From Hamiltosporidium tvaerminnensis FI-OER-3-3 (Eukaryota; Fungi; Microsporidia), in the NCBI GenBank assembly GCA_022605425.2, contig CM061246.1, positions 992,001 to 1,056,000 of the forward strand: DNA of 64,000 nt, read 5' to 3'. Position numbers and translations under genes: made by a program. The notes beneath the pieces were generated by a model that saw nothing but the letters and a program-made list of their open reading frames with translations, did no database searches and was not told where the DNA came from. Numbering within the stretch: position 1 is the first letter of the stretch; each line of letters begins with the position of its first letter. Of the stretch, positions 39,770 through 54,399 are shown in pieces.

Positions 39770-41507
39770 TATTTATTAAAGCAGCTTCCCTTTGGTGACA
39801 TTTCAAGTTAAAAAGATTTTTTTCTTTACTAAACTTGTATTTTTCAGATGTGCTCGAGGTTTGCAGCCAAATCGATCATAATCATGTCATTTGTTGTGGA
39901 ATGATATTCTTGCATATTTCATTTGATGAAATATTAAACTTAGGGATTTCTTCGGCGCGTATAAACTTTCCTTTGCATATTGTAAACTGATTTCTCACAT
40001 AAAGTTGATTTAGGATCCCATGCTTCGTACCTAATTTATATAGATTAGCATTTTTTTATTAAAGAATCAATGCCAGAATGTTTTTTGTATCAGTGCAATC
40101 TCTGTCAACATCCCGAACTCCAACTCTTATTATATCACATTTATTTGCAACGGGGTATTTTGAATTAGAGAATAAACGTATTTTTTATTCTTGTTAGTTT
40201 CGATTTATTACCAGAATCTCTCTGTTTTTCAATATTTCGGATTTCATTTTTTTTAAATAAAATTCACCAACACTCATCATAACCTGTATTAATTTTTTTT
40301 CATGATCAAAGGCTTTAAATCGAATAGAACAAAAATATTTATTTCTCTTTCTATGTCATTGAAAGTAAAACTTACTATAAATAAACTAGTGGAGGATTGA
40401 TCATAGCAATCAAACATGAATATTTCCTAATTATTATGCTGCCTCGTTGTTATATCAGCTATCTAAATTTTTAGCGTACTCTCGTTCACAGATTTTAAAT
40501 TGTCTTGATATTTTAATAATATTTCTAAGTCTACTTCACAATTTATATTCAGAAGAACATTTTTAGTTAAAAAACTTTTGAGACCAACTTTTAACTTAGT
40601 TACAAACATTTCTTCATACGGTGTACAGTTTATTCCACTATAATGTTTTCTATTTTATATAATTTGAACAAAACATAAGTCTTCTGATCATTCTCTGCTG
40701 TTATTGTTTTTGGCAACGAACAAGCATATTGTTTGCATCCTGATTCCCCGTTTTACAGAATATTGACTTTGGGAGTGTTTAGAATTTTCATGTGTCATCT
40801 TACACACTGGTTACATGTTCATAGCTCTTTAATGGTATTGTCTTCAGATTCCCTGCCATTATCACCTATTAAAATACTAGGCGCACAAAAATAGTAAAAA
40901 TATTCAAAAAGACATAAGCATCTTCCTTCTTCTGCACTTTTATTATTGAGCGTGAAGTGAAATAAATTTATTTAAATGGTCTTGGTAATCAAGTATAAAT
41001 TTATATAGATCATCAGATTGAGAGTGCATGTCAATCAAATCGACCTTACATCTCGAATTCATGTTTGAGTATAGGTTTCACAACTAATCATTTTTTTAGA
41101 CATTGAGTTTTTTTCGCACGCAGAAAACAATTTTAGATAGGCTATAATCATTTAACTTATGATATTTTTATGCTTTGAATTAATCTTCTTTTCTTACGAT
41201 TTTTACCTCCGTGCCTAATCAAACATGTACATAATGCAAAATATGAAATATCTCTTCCCGATGTACATAAAACCCAATTTGTTCTTTATCTTCTTCTATG
41301 GGAATAATCTACTTTTCTTTCTTGCCTATACTTAATATGACAAACTTGCGTAAATGCTAACAATCCTAGGGTTTTTTCCATGATAACTTGCTTTTAGAAG
41401 TTTTAGCTTTTTATATTAACTCAAAATATTGCTTTTTTGTGAAAATTTCTTTTTCTGACCTTTGGATAAGCACATTCTATCTAACTTTCGTTGAAACGAT
41501 GCTTCAT
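39770..41507 (-). pseudogene. Decayed KRBA2/SCAND3-like (Ginger) integrase
   Basis: Inverted counterpart of 54400-56141; SRCKVDLIDMHSQSD motif. Confidence 0.8.
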
Positions 41508-42821
41508 ATTACTTAGATCTGTTAACATTGGTACTTGTATTTTATTTTTTAGAAATACAACAACATTCAGTAAAGAAAGAGTGAAAACATTAGTTAAAAC
41601 GTTAAGTGCCAAATAGTACAAACCATATGTCTTAAACAAGATCTTATTATGGTAACGAAGATCACATCAGGAGGAAATTTCTAAAAACTGTTGATTTTTA
41701 AAGTGACTAGAGAAATTTAGCCGTATTAATATATACTAGTACTATAAGAAATTATTTTAGACTATCAAAAAATTTCTCAAATTACCCGTAACACATACCA
41801 CACAAGTTCATCCGCAAATAAAACTCTTTTCGAAAAATCAGTACCTTGATCATAAATTTATTTGAATCTAAAATGTTTCTAAATAACAATAAAAGTGTCT
41901 GTTTAATTTCCAAAAAAGAATATTTTACATTTTTTTATTCATCAAAAGCCATTAATATCACTATACATATTATTGTACCAATATAAATATATTATGAATA
42001 AACAAAAGACAAATAAAAAGCATTTGTTGAATATAAATTTTTAAGAGTAAACTACATATTCAAAATACCGTTTAATTAAGTAATTCGTTGTAACACAAAG
42101 GAACTTTTTTCTGTATAAAATAAATATCAAAACTAAAAACAATATTTAGATTAAGATTTAAAAAAAATAAATTTCTTATTAGATATATTACAAAGAGAAG
42201 ATATTATACCTGGAAATGAACCACATTTACAAAATAATAATCTTATATTCCATATTTATAAGATAACGATTTTAAGAGTATTTATTTTTTTATTTATAAC
42301 CTTCGCACTTAGAATATTTCCGAATTTATTAAATAAAATTTTTACTGTAAACTTCTACAACGAAAAAAAAACATCAAAAAATCTAAGAAATGTTTTTATA
42401 ATCAAAGATCGTAATATATTTCTTACAATTGATTATTAATAATTTTTTTTCGATAGCAAGATATTTAATTTTGATAATTTAAAATGGATTATCTTTACAA
42501 TATTCATAAAATATTTTTCTATGAAGATATTCCACTGGAATAGATCATTTTACTTTAAAATATCATCTTTATAATAAATATATTCCTATAAACGTTACAC
42601 AATCTCGCTTATTTGCTTAATTAAATATATAAGTTAAAGACCAATTTAATATAGTTTTGAACTACTAAGTTAGTAACAAAGGTAATTCTAAGGCATAAAT
42701 TCACAAATAGTATATAATATGCTAAAATGCTACCTTGTTATCTAATATTCCCTAAAAATATCATAATATCTTTAGAAAATAATTTTTTTATCTAAAAATA
42801 ACTTATTGTTCTTGACAGTCG

Positions 42822-43550
42822 TGTGGAGGAGGATAACCACATAAAAAACTTTCTGCTTGGCAATGAGTGTGTGAAACTTTTGTGAGATCATTGTTTGGAT
42901 TTTTGGTGGGAATACAACCACACTACATCTTCGGTTGTTCCATGGGAGTTGTTATGAGGAGGAGAGGTCTAAGAAATGGCGAAACTTTTTCTATAAATTA
43001 TTTTGTAGTTTTTTATGTACCAGATTGCAGACCGCAGCTGAACATGTAGGTAATCGCCATGTAAAAGCATGGAAACCTAGCCTTGCTCACTCGGGTTAGA
43101 AGACTTAGCGCCTGGGAGATACAAAACAAAAAACCATTTAAAGCCGGGAGAGCTAAGTAGCAGGTTATACCTGTTGGTATGACATTGCACTGTCTAGGTG
43201 GACCCCATGTAAATCTCTGAAATATATCTTAGCTAGAAGTTTATTGGGTTCAGAAAGTGTAGAGTAAGTGAGAATGCTGCATAGTCTTGGGGGAGCCCAG
43301 GGGGGGGGGCTTCGGCCTTCGATCACACTCTATGCAACGGACATTAACGAACTCCGGGCAACTGCCTCGCCTAGAAATTAGGTTCTACACACCTGGTAGA
43401 TGAAAGGCTTTGGGACGTAGGTATCGCAGGGGTTATCGATGGAGTGTTGGGGTAGCAGTCATTATGTTAAACCTAGAACTGCGTTAATGTCATGAAAACA
43501 AATATAACACTTGCCACTGTTTTATAAAAGATGTGATAATTTTAAATAAA
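42822..43550 (+). mobile_element. ~730-nt structured SINE-like element (S3)
   Basis: Near-identical to S2 with different flanks; no TSD seen. Confidence 0.88.
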
Positions 43551-43953
43551 GTTAAGATATATTACAATCTCATATAAAAAGTTTAAAAAAATAGAAATAC
43601 CGTTATTTATTAGTTTAATATTTTCTTAAAATAATTTATAAATGTAAAAATATAGAAGAGAATATAATTCTATAACAAGAACTATACAAATATATTATAG
43701 TACAAATAATTATAGATTATAATATAAACCTAAATTCAAGTATTTCTATTATGAGAAAAATAAAATTTATTTGAAAATCTAATGTAAACTTAGTAATTAA
43801 AAGAAATATAGTTTATTTTTTAATCTCTAAAAATACAAACTTAGATATTAAAAACAAATAAATATAAAAGATTAAAATGTGATATAAAGATACTTCTATA
43901 ACTAATATAATCATTAATAATCTAATATTCCTTACTTATCTAATACCAATAAC

Positions 43954-44073
43954 TAATATTTTTATTAATAATATATGTTTCTAATAATATTTTTATTAAT
44001 AATATATGTTTCTAATAATATTTTTATTCATAATATATATTTCTAATAATATTTTTATTAATAATATATGTTT
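43954..44073 (+). repeat. 31-bp AT-rich minisatellite, ~4 units (AATATTTTTATTAATAATATATGTTTCTAAT)
   Basis: Direct reading; the same unit flanks LINE ends at 52303-52350 and 62599-62624. Confidence 0.9.
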
Positions 44074-44138
44074 TTACCAAAATTTTAATTTACTTTTTTA
44101 TTTAAAATTTTATTTAATATCAAATATAGAACTTAATT

Positions 44139-45396
44139 TTTATTTAATAAAATTCTGGGTTAAAATATTTTAACATTTTTATATGTTTTCTTCTACCTCT
44201 TTAACCACTATTGTCTCTTCTTCCAAATCCGACTCTTAATTTATGTTATTGGTCGGTTCCTCTAAAGTGGTTCCTCCTTGTGAAATACAGGGTGCTTTAT
44301 ATTTTGGTTTAAAATTTTTTGCACCATCTTCCTCTGTTTTCGATTCTTTTAAAGGGGGTATTGGTTCCTCATGCATCTCTGATCTCATAATAACACCCAT
44401 TGACGCTCTCTCCCAGCTCTCTTCGGAATTTAGACCTAATTCTAGTCCTCTTCGCCGATCAAAGGAAATTGTTTCGATGTCTTCTTGAGTACTATATAGT
44501 AAATATATGCCTCTAAATTCATGGGTATTTCTTTCTAGTCTTTTAAGGTGTGACTTATGGTATTTTGTTACAATACCGTCGCGGGTCATCTCATATGGGA
44601 TTATCTCAACACTACACTTATAAATAAGACCCAAATCATTGGCTAGCAGGTCATACTTCCTAAGTTTTTCAGTTTCAACTATTTGAAGTGAATCTTGGGA
44701 AGTGATTCCTACTTCAATGAGTGTTATCTTATTCTTCTTCTTATCTAAAATAAATATGTCCGGTCTGTTATTCCGAATTTTAACATCAGTTTTAATTCTG
44801 GTGTCCACTCTTATCTCTGCATACTCATTATCAAGAATTTCTTGAACTTAGTGACTCCTAATTCGTTTTGAGGACTTAAACTTATATCTATTTAGGAGAA
44901 GTAAGTGTAGGCATCTAACCACTTCATTATGCTGTCTGGTGTAGTCATGGTCTAGCATTTTTTCACATCGAGCTGCTAGATAATCTACAGTCTTACCAGA
45001 CTTCCCGCAATGTTGACACACACCATCTGCTCCCCGGAATACATTTCTATCCTGGATATAGCAGAACACAGCTTCATTTCGTGGCCTAATATTTCCTCTC
45101 TTTAGCCATCTTGAAGAGTCACTAACACTCACAAGCTCATTTTTTCTTGCATTATATAACTTTATATGGAGTTTTCGTTTTTCTATTTCGTTATATAGTT
45201 TTGCAAGTTGAGCTTCTTCTAACCTTTTCTTAGTGACTTCTTCTACCAACCTGTACTTTACTTTTAAGAAGCCTTTTATTAGTGCAAGATGGGTTTTATT
45301 ATTATTCTCCACCTTGAGGATTGCTGCTCGTCTAGTTGATATTTCTTTACTTTTTTCCAGACAATCCAAGAGTTGCAGAAGCATATGTTCGCTTCG
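44139..45396 (-). mobile_element. 5'-truncated, inactivated RLE LINE (copy C)
   Basis: Thumb/CCHC/RLE region with TCA>TAA stop and frameshifts. 3' end TTAACCCAGAATTTTATTAAATAAA; 5' end abuts the start of the direct duplication. Confidence 0.93.
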
Positions 45397-45397
45397 T

Positions 45398-48300
45398 TTT
45401 CTAATAAAAAAAAATAATTTTTAAATAATTAATTGAAATAAAAAAAATATTCAAATTTTAAAATTATTTTGAATAACATTTGGTATTCGAATTTAGAAAG
45501 TGTTATTAAACTCAAATCAAATATAATCACTTATAGAATTCAGTAATGTCCCGACGACGACGACTCAACTCGAAATATCATTTATATAATTCTGTAATGT
45601 CCTGACACTGACTCATCTCAAAATGTTTAATTGTTTAAATCATATAAGACACCAATAAGAGTGCTTCAATTAAGAATGTCTCTTTATATTTGTTCATAAA
45701 TCTTACCCAACCAATAATAATGAGTATAATTGAACATAAAACAATTTAAACTATTCTATTGGTTCCAAAAAAAAAATATATGAAATAAACATTGTAAAAA
45801 TCCTTTCTAGACCGTATTAATTTGGAAGGAAAAAAAAGTATTTTTTTTACTTTTTCTAGGTAATTACTTTTAAAAAAAATTACATCACTTACTTGTGTTT
45901 ATTTAAAAAAGTTTAGGATGGCATAAAAATTGTAAAATAAGATTGATACTTTTCTACTATTCTTCTGTGTAATATATTTATATTCTCATAATAATTGCAC
46001 AAAACAATTTTGCTTGAATAACTTCGTGGAGCATATATTTGATTAAATTAAAATATTTTTTATAAAAATAACTGAGAATTTATGCAATAAATATATTAAC
46101 CAATAGCATATAGTTTAAAGAACAGTATTTTCAGACAAAGAAACTTCTTTATCTGAATAAATTTCTTTGAGAAAAAAACACAATTGAATAAAAATAGGTG
46201 GAAAGTGAACAGGGTAAACATAAACGCCGAGCTTCAGCTCTAAAAATTGAAATTAAATGGAAAAAAAAGATAAAGCAATATGTTAATTGAAAAATATCCT
46301 AACTTTTATTGACAAATGTCTGAAGACTACTAAAAATGTGATTTGAAAGACTAAAAAATATATGAGAAGCAGACTAGGTGAGATTTAAAATTTTTATTGA
46401 GATTATTACGGAATTATGGCTTAAATAATGAACTCCAAGAATATTTTTGCCATTTTTATCTTATGAATGTAAATGAAAGTTCGTTTCTACGGCATAAAGT
46501 CTAGTTAGATAGATTATAGAATCAAATTTTTTATTTAAATATAAAATACCTTTGGATTTTTTTGATTTTTTTCCATTCAGAGAAATTGATACTGTTATTA
46601 ATACTAAAAGAATTCCGAACAATAGCTATACTTGAATTCCTAATGGAATCCCAATATAAAATTATTTACTATAAATAAAACTACATTTAATTTACATCAT
46701 ATTAAATAACCTATTATTTTTTTATTATTATTTATATATTAAATATTTAACAACTCAAGTTAAGAAAAAAACTTAAATTCTTAATTTTATTAGTCCTATA
46801 AATGTCACTTAACAAATTTAAAACAAAATTTCTTGGTTATAAAATGCGGTATAAAGAAGTAATGATTATTATAATTTAACTTTGTCTAGAAGTAATTCTA
46901 TTTCCGAAATAAATTTTAAATTGTTGAGAAAATTGGTATTTTTTGATCTAGAACAATACAATTCAAAACAAAACTTTATGTAAGCTATAAACTGTGCTGA
47001 TATGACATTCCATAATAGGAAGTAAGAATTTTATAGAATAATCTATGTAAACAAATTTTCCTAATCCGGAAACAAATTTGTTCCAAAAAAAAGTATAAAT
47101 ACATCGAAAAAACCCAGATATTATGAGTAATTCAGGAGCAATATTTGCTTTGAATATGGCAGAGAGGAAAATCAAGGTACTTTTATATAGCGAAAAGAAG
47201 CATCTATATACAGGATGCCATTATGAATAAGATAAGATACACTGGGGAGGGGAATTTATTTTTAATGAAAGTTTGAAGGTATATCTGAAATACGAAATAA
47301 AAAGGGATTTATGGTAAAGCAATAGGAAAAAAGGATTCTGTTGAACTAATGGGATCGAGAAATGAATGTGGAGTGATGGTTCGAAATAGAAAGATTCGGT
47401 CGTATGTAAAAGATCAAAACAGATCTTAACATCCGAAGACATGTCGAAGCAAATAAATGTTTGATATCATGAATTATTAACAGCAGAAAAAAAAAAAACA
47501 ATTTTATCGAAGAATGTTCGAAACAAAGGAAATTTCAAGGAAACATGTAGCTTTGTTCTAAATCTGATGGTTCAATCGAAAAAATTAGAAAAAAAGAAAC
47601 TCAAATGAGCACGTCGAAAAAATAAATACCCCCTCCCCTACAGAAAAAAAGTTTTAATCTGAAAAACAATTGAAATGAAAACTGTAATTCTAAAAGCTAA
47701 ATATTTTTTTTTGAAATGAGAAAGAAAATTAAGAAACCCATAAAAATGAATGTAATTTGAATGAATAATAAATATGAAATATACTTTAACCCTGAAAATT
47801 GGTATGAAAGAATCAAAAGAGATAACAAGAAAATAACAGTGAGAAATATGCATCGATATAATTATGATTCTCTATTTAACATTATCACTCATTTGGAATC
47901 AAAACGGAATTTTAAAGTCTTACAATAAACAGAATTTACACACAACTATTGATCAGTCAGAAGGAGTCGTATATAAATCACATAAAATCCTATATAACTT
48001 TTAAATGTAGAATAAGATTACTACTCAAGAAGAAAAAATTCATTAAAACCTAAATTCACAAAATAAATGCTAAAGATCAGAAAACCCTTAATGATTCAAT
48101 TTTTTCAACTGTTAAGCATTTCTCTATTTTACTTTAAACGTAATAAAATCTTTAAATAATTTGAAATAAATAGAAATCACTTTAATTAATATACTGCTCA
48201 AGTACTTAATATGAATTAAAGATAATTTAAAATAATATACATTAAAATTATCAACCCGTATTGTTCACCATTGATATTAAACTATGTAGAAAATAATAAA

Positions 48301-48514
48301 TGAAAAATTCATAGAGATAAAGATACTAAAGATTCCAGAATTAACACCAGGAATATTAAAAAGAGGGTAAATAGTTTATACTTGCCTAATCACTGATAAA
48401 AAGAAGTCCCCCGATAATAATTTTAATAAATAATTTTTCAAAACTTTCTCTCATTTTCATTAATTTATTTTTTTGTTAATAAATTTTCTATTAAATTTTC
48501 TAAAGGTTTTTAAA
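45398..48514 (+). repeat. Direct segmental duplication, copy 2 of 30825-33957
   Basis: Near-identical; bounded by LINE C and LINE A. Confidence 0.95.
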
Positions 48515-51500
48515 TTTATTTAATAAAATTCTGGGTTAAAATATTTTGCACCTTTTTATATGTTTTCTTCTACCTCTTTAACCACTATTGTCTCTTCTTC
48601 AAAATCCGACTCTTCATTTATGTTATTGGTCGGTTCCTCTAAAGTGGTTCCTCCTTGTAAAATAAAGGGGGCTTTAAATTTTGGTTTAAAATTTTTGGCA
48701 CCATCTTCCTCTGTTTTCGCTTCTTTTAAAGGGGGTATTGGTTCCTCATGCATCTCTGATCTCATAATAACACTCATTGACGCTCTCTCCCAGCTCTCTT
48801 CGGCATTTAGTCCTGACTCGAATCCTCTTCGTCGATCAAAGGAAATTGTTTCGACTGTTTTCTTAAGTACTAAGGACTGAATGTATGCCTCTACATTCGT
48901 GGGTATTTCTAGTCTTTTAAGATGAGATTTATGGTATTTTGTCACAATACCGTCCCAGGTCATCACATAGGGGATTATCTCAACACTACACTTATAAATA
49001 AGACCCAAATCATTGGCTAGCAGGTCATACTTCCTAAGTTTTTCAGTTTCAACTATTTGAAGTGAATCTTGGGAAGTGATTCCTACTTCAATGAGTGTTA
49101 TCTTATTCTTCTTCTTATCTAAAATAAATATGTCCGGTCTGTTATTCCGAATTTTAACATCAGTTTTAATTCTGGTGTCCACTCTTATCTCTGCATACTC
49201 ATTATCAAGAATTTCTTGAACTTAGTGACTCCTAATTCGTTTTGAGGACTTAAACTTATATCTATTTAGGAGAAGTAAGTGTAGGAATCTAACCACTTCA
49301 TTATGCCGTCTGGTGTAGTCATGGTCTAGCATTTTTTCACATCGAGCTGCTAGATAATCTACAGTCTTACCAGACTTCCCACAATGTTGACACACACCAT
49401 CTGCTCCCCAGAATACATTTCTATCCTGGATATAGCAGAACACAGCTTCATTTCGTGGCCTAATATTTCCTCTCTTTAGCCATCTTGAAGAGTCACTAAC
49501 ACTCACAAGCTCATTTTTTCTTGCATTATATAACTTTGAATGGAGTTTTCGTTTTTCTATTTCGTTATATAGTTTTGCAAGTTGAGCTTCTTCTAAACTT
49601 TTCTTAGTGACTTCTTCTACCAACCTGTACTTTACTTTTAAGAAGCCTTTTATTAGTGCAAGATGGGTTTTATTATTATTCTCCACCTTGAGGATTGCTG
49701 CTCGTCTAGTTGATATTTCTTTACTTTTTTCCAGACAATCCAAGAGTTGCAGAAGCATATGTTCGCTTCGCAACTCAACACTATGTAAGCCTCTTCCAAG
49801 TTCTGTTCTAGGAAGGTATAAACGCTCTTTACATCCTGGGCGGAGATGTATCTTATTCTTCACCAACACCGCACGCACTGCATCATCTAACTTAGAGAAG
49901 TACGCCGGTTCAAGTCGAAGTACTCCTATTTGGTAGTTGATTAACGATATCGCATGTTGATTGATTGCAGAAAATAAATTTTTTGCATTTAATCTTGTGT
50001 GACAAAGTCTTTCAACTCTTGATATAAGTTTGCTCTGTACTTCTTCAAATGAGCTACGTGTTGGGATTCCTCTGCTATCTTCTATTATTCCTAAATATTT
50101 GTAAACACTAACACCTTCTAGAAGAGTAGCAGTATCTTCACAACACGTATCATTTGTGGCTGACTTCTCTTTGTTAATCTCTAAGCCAATCACCTCTAAA
50201 AATTCCTTTACCTCGCCTGTCATAGCACTCAATGTGGAGCTGTCTTTTGCAAGGAGCTTAAGATCATAAATAAACAAGAGATGATTAGTAGAATGGGATT
50301 CTGCATCTGTTTGTACTGTCACTTTTGTGTATTTTTCATTAAGCTTTCGGCTTAATGGATCCATACACAACACAAACAACAATGGTGACAAACTATCTCC
50401 TTGCAGGATCCCTCTATCAATCTTCTTGCTCATGATTTTTTCAGGCCCTACTGATATATCAATTTTCCATTTTGATATAATTACCTTAATAAATTTCAGG
50501 ATCCAATCAGGTAGATTAAGGTTTTCAATGCATTGAGTTAAATAAGCATAATCTATTGAGTCATAAGCTTTTTTAACATCAATCGATGTTGCCTTAAGAT
50601 TATTTCCATACTCTTTATTTAAGGCAATATTCAGTAGAGCCTGCTCTTTCGCTCCCTGCACACCTCTTACCGCCCCTAATTGGTTCTCTGCAAGCAACCC
50701 TCGCCTTTCCACTTCAATTTGAACGACTTTCGTCACACACTTTGTCGTTAACTTATAGAGGTTGGACATACAAGTGATTAGCCTGTAGTCAGAGCCACTT
50801 CGTGGAATTCCTTTCGGTATCAAATACGTAAGCCCATAGTAAAACCAATCAGCTTGAGGTGTTCCTTCTAAACATATAACTTTCATAATATCATAAATAT
50901 ATTTGTGAAGAGTTGTAAGTTTCTTAATAAAAAAATTGTAAATACCATCAATTCCAGCAGCTTTCCAATTAGGGAGCCAATTAATGATATTTACAAATTC
51001 ATCAAGTGAAGGAAACGTGGTCGGATGATTATCTGATACAAATGGAATCAAATAATCATCGTACGTGACTGTGTCATCATTTTTGTTCCACATTGTAGAC
51101 CAAAAACTCACAATTTCATCACGGCTAACCACATGCTCGGATTCTACACGCTCAGATAACCCACGATAAAATCGACCTTGGAAAAGCTCAAACATACGAT
51201 TCTCTTTTCGGAATTGCTTCCTACTTTCATGCATCGTAATTTTTTTCTCGTAAACATTCAAAGACTCATTCTTCTTAACTAAAGCCTCAGAAAGATCAGT
51301 TACGCTGCTTAAGTTTAAATTAAACTCTCGCATGATTTTCTTAAGGCTCTTCGTTTCCGAAGTGGAGAGCATTTCCTGCTTGCGAGCCTTCTCGAGGAGA
51401 TCTTTGGAAAGTACTAACTTAGAAATTTTACATTCTATGTTTTCCTTCCAAGCGGATCTAGGTTTCTCCTTACGTGTTTCCTTGTCATAACATACATGGG

Positions 51501-52302
51501 CCGCCTGGATGATTCGAGCTGCATCACTAACATTCTTAGGCACATGAGATTCAGCATATTCACCTGTGATCCGATTTATGAGTTCCAAAACTTTACTATC
51601 AACCAATTCACTTGGAAGTTTTCTAGTTCGGACCACTATATCTCCGATTTTCTTCTCCGAGAGTTCCTTGATTTTGCACAAGAACTTTTCTCTCAGGTTC
51701 ATATAAAGTGTATTGTCAGTTAAAAAACATGGCTCGGCGAGACAAGTGGCGATTCTACGTCGCTCTCCATTCTTTTCTTGCCTTATTTCCCTTTTTGCCT
51801 CATTATGTGTTAATTTTTTTAACACATCGATATCAACAGTTCGACCAAATTTCCCATTATAGTACCTAAGAATTGCAGACCAGCCATTTCTAGGCATTCT
51901 CTCAAACCTTTTTTGCACTGCTGAAATAGCAGATCTAGGCCATTCCTGCTCTACGGCTGTGACAGAGTCAAGTATTGAATGCAATACCATCAGTCGATTT
52001 CCTTCTGGAATGGCAGGTGCATTGAGGTTTTCTATTGTGTTGGCTGGTCCACACGCAGAAGAATCGGGACAGGAAGAAGGGGGTGCGGAATCGAGCAGGC
52101 TGACTGGAGTAGCATATAACGTAGTGCTCGATCGGGAGTGGGTGTTATTATGGATGGTCGATTGTGGTGGAAGCGTCTCGGATATAGTTACTACATTTCT
52201 ATCACACGTTTTTATCTCTTTAAAACTAATTTCCGAGTTGTTTACAGCATTTATTTCATCATTTTTTATATTTTCGCTGTCAACTTTTTTTCTTCTACCC
52301 AT
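48515..52302 (-). mobile_element. Full-length but inactivated RLE LINE (copy A)
   Basis: ATG at 52302 (MGRRKKVDSE). RT has FIYD instead of FIDD, CCHC His>Tyr, in-frame TAA at 49222-49224, then RPDI..LIEVG..KLRKY endonuclease to stop at 48556. Confidence 0.95.
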
Positions 52303-52353
52303 ATTAATAAAAATATTATTAGAAACATATATTATGAATAAAAATATTATCAC

Positions 52354-53084
52354 TTTATTTAAAAGTATCACATCTTTTTCAAAACAGTGGCAAGTGTTAT
52401 ATTTGTTTTTATGACATTAACGCAGTTCTAGGTTTAACATAAATAACTGCTACCCCAACACTCCATCGGTAATCCCTGCGATACCTACGTCCCAAAGCCT
52501 TTCATCTACCAGGTGTGTAGAACCTAATTAATAGGCGAGGCAGTTGCCCGGAGTTCGTTAATGTCCGTTGCATGGAGTGTGATCGAAGGCCGAAGCCCCC
52601 CCCCTGGGCTCCCCCAAGACTATGCAGCATTCCCACTTACTCTACACTTTCTGAACCCAATAAACTTCTAGCTAATATATATTTCAGAGATTTACATGGG
52701 GTCCACCTAGACAGTGCAATGTCATACCAACAGGTATAACCTGCTACTTAGCTCTCCCGGCTTTTAATGGGTTTTATTTTTATATCCCCCAGGCGCTAAG
52801 TCTTCTAACCCGAGTGAGCAAGGCTAGGTTTCCATGCTTTTACATGGCAATTACCTACATGTTCAGCTGCGGTCTGCAATCTGGTTACATAAAAAACTAC
52901 AAATAAATTCGTAGAAAAAGTTTCTCCATTTCTTAGACCTCTCCTCGTCATAACAACACCCATGGAACAACCGAAGATGTAGTGTGGTTGTATTCCACCC
53001 AAAAATCCAAACAATGACCTCACACCAGTTTCACACACTCATTGCCAAGCAGAAAGTTTTTTATGTGGTTATCCTCCCTCCACA
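52354..53084 (-). mobile_element. ~730-nt structured SINE-like element (S4; segmental duplicate of S3)
   Basis: Same 5' flank as S3 (CTTGACAGTCG); ends ~51 nt upstream of the LINE A ATG. Confidence 0.88.
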
Positions 53085-54399
53085 CGACTGTCAAGAACAA
53101 TAAGTTATTTTTAGATAAAAAAATTATTTTCTAAAGATATTATGATATTTTTAGGGAATATTAGATAACAAGGTAGCATTTTAGCATATTATATACTATT
53201 TGTGAATTTATGCCTTAGAATTACCTTTGTTACTAACTTAGTAGTTCAAAACTATATTAAATTGGTCTTTAACTTATATATTTAATTAAGCAAATAAGCG
53301 AGATTGTGTAACGTTTATAGGAATATATTTATTATAAAGATGATATTTTAAAGTAAAATGATCTATTCCAGTGGAATATCTTCATAGAAAAATATTTTAT
53401 GAATATTGTAAAGATAATCCATTTTAAATTATCAAAATTAAATATCTTGCTATCGAAAAAAAATTATTAATAATCAATTGTAAGAAATATATTGCGATCT
53501 TTGATTATAAAAACATTTCTTAGATTTTTTGATGTTTTTTTTTCGTTGTAGAAGTTTACAGTAAAAATTTTATTTAATAAATTCGGAAATATTCTAAGTG
53601 CGAAGGTTATAAATAAAAAAATAAATACTCTTAAAATCGTTATCTTATAAATATGGAATATAAGATTATTATTTTGTAAATGTGGTTCATTTCCAGGTAT
53701 AATATCTTCTCTTTGTAATATATCTAATAAGAAATTTATTTTTTTTAAATCTTAATCTAAATATTGTTTTTAGTTTTGATATTTATTGTATACAGAAAAA
53801 AGTTACTTTGTGTTACAACGAATTACTTAATTAAACGGTATTGTGAATATGTAGTTTACTCTTAAAAATTTATATTTAACAAATGCTTTTTATTTGTCTT
53901 TTGTTTATTCATAATATATTTATATTGGTACAATAATATGTATAGTGATATTAATGGCTTTTGATGAATAAAAAAATGTAAAATATTCTTTTTTTGGAAA
54001 TTAAACAGACATTTTTATTGTCATTTAGAAACATTTTAGGTTCAAATAAATTTATAATCAAGGTACTGATTTTTAGAAAAGAATTTTATTTGCGGATGAA
54101 CTTGTGTGGTATGTGTTACGGGTAATTTGAGAAATTTTTTGATAGTCTAAAATAATTTCTTATAGTACTAGTATATATTAATACGGCTAAATTTCTCTAG
54201 TCACTTTAAAAATCAACAGTTTTTAGAAATTTCCTCCTGATGTGATCTTCTTTACCATAATAAGATCTTGTTTAAGACATATGGTTTGTACTATTTGGCA
54301 CTTAACGTTTTAACTAATGTTTTCACTCTTTCTTTACTGAATGTTGTTGTATTTCTAAAAAATAAAATACAAGTACCAATGTTAACAGATCTAAGTAAT

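Larger units (their letters stand above)
36377..44062 (+). repeat. Segment duplicated in inverted orientation at 52303-58798
   Basis: Reverse-complement identity including both genes. The second copy lacks insertion 36670-37412 and ~43553-44013. Confidence 0.93.

Noticed and set aside
43954-44073. CRISPR-like array
   Set aside because: Head-to-tail 31-bp units with no spacers and no cas genes, in a eukaryotic context.
52303-52371. Signal-peptide-like 23-aa N-terminal extension on LINE A
   Set aside because: It starts at GTG, is translated AT-rich flank, and is absent from other copies.
52303-53084. The 730-nt element as the 5' UTR of LINE A
   Set aside because: LINE A's own TSD and minisatellite lie between them, S2 has its own TSD, and three other copies have no ORF downstream. 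Read-through transcription is still possible.
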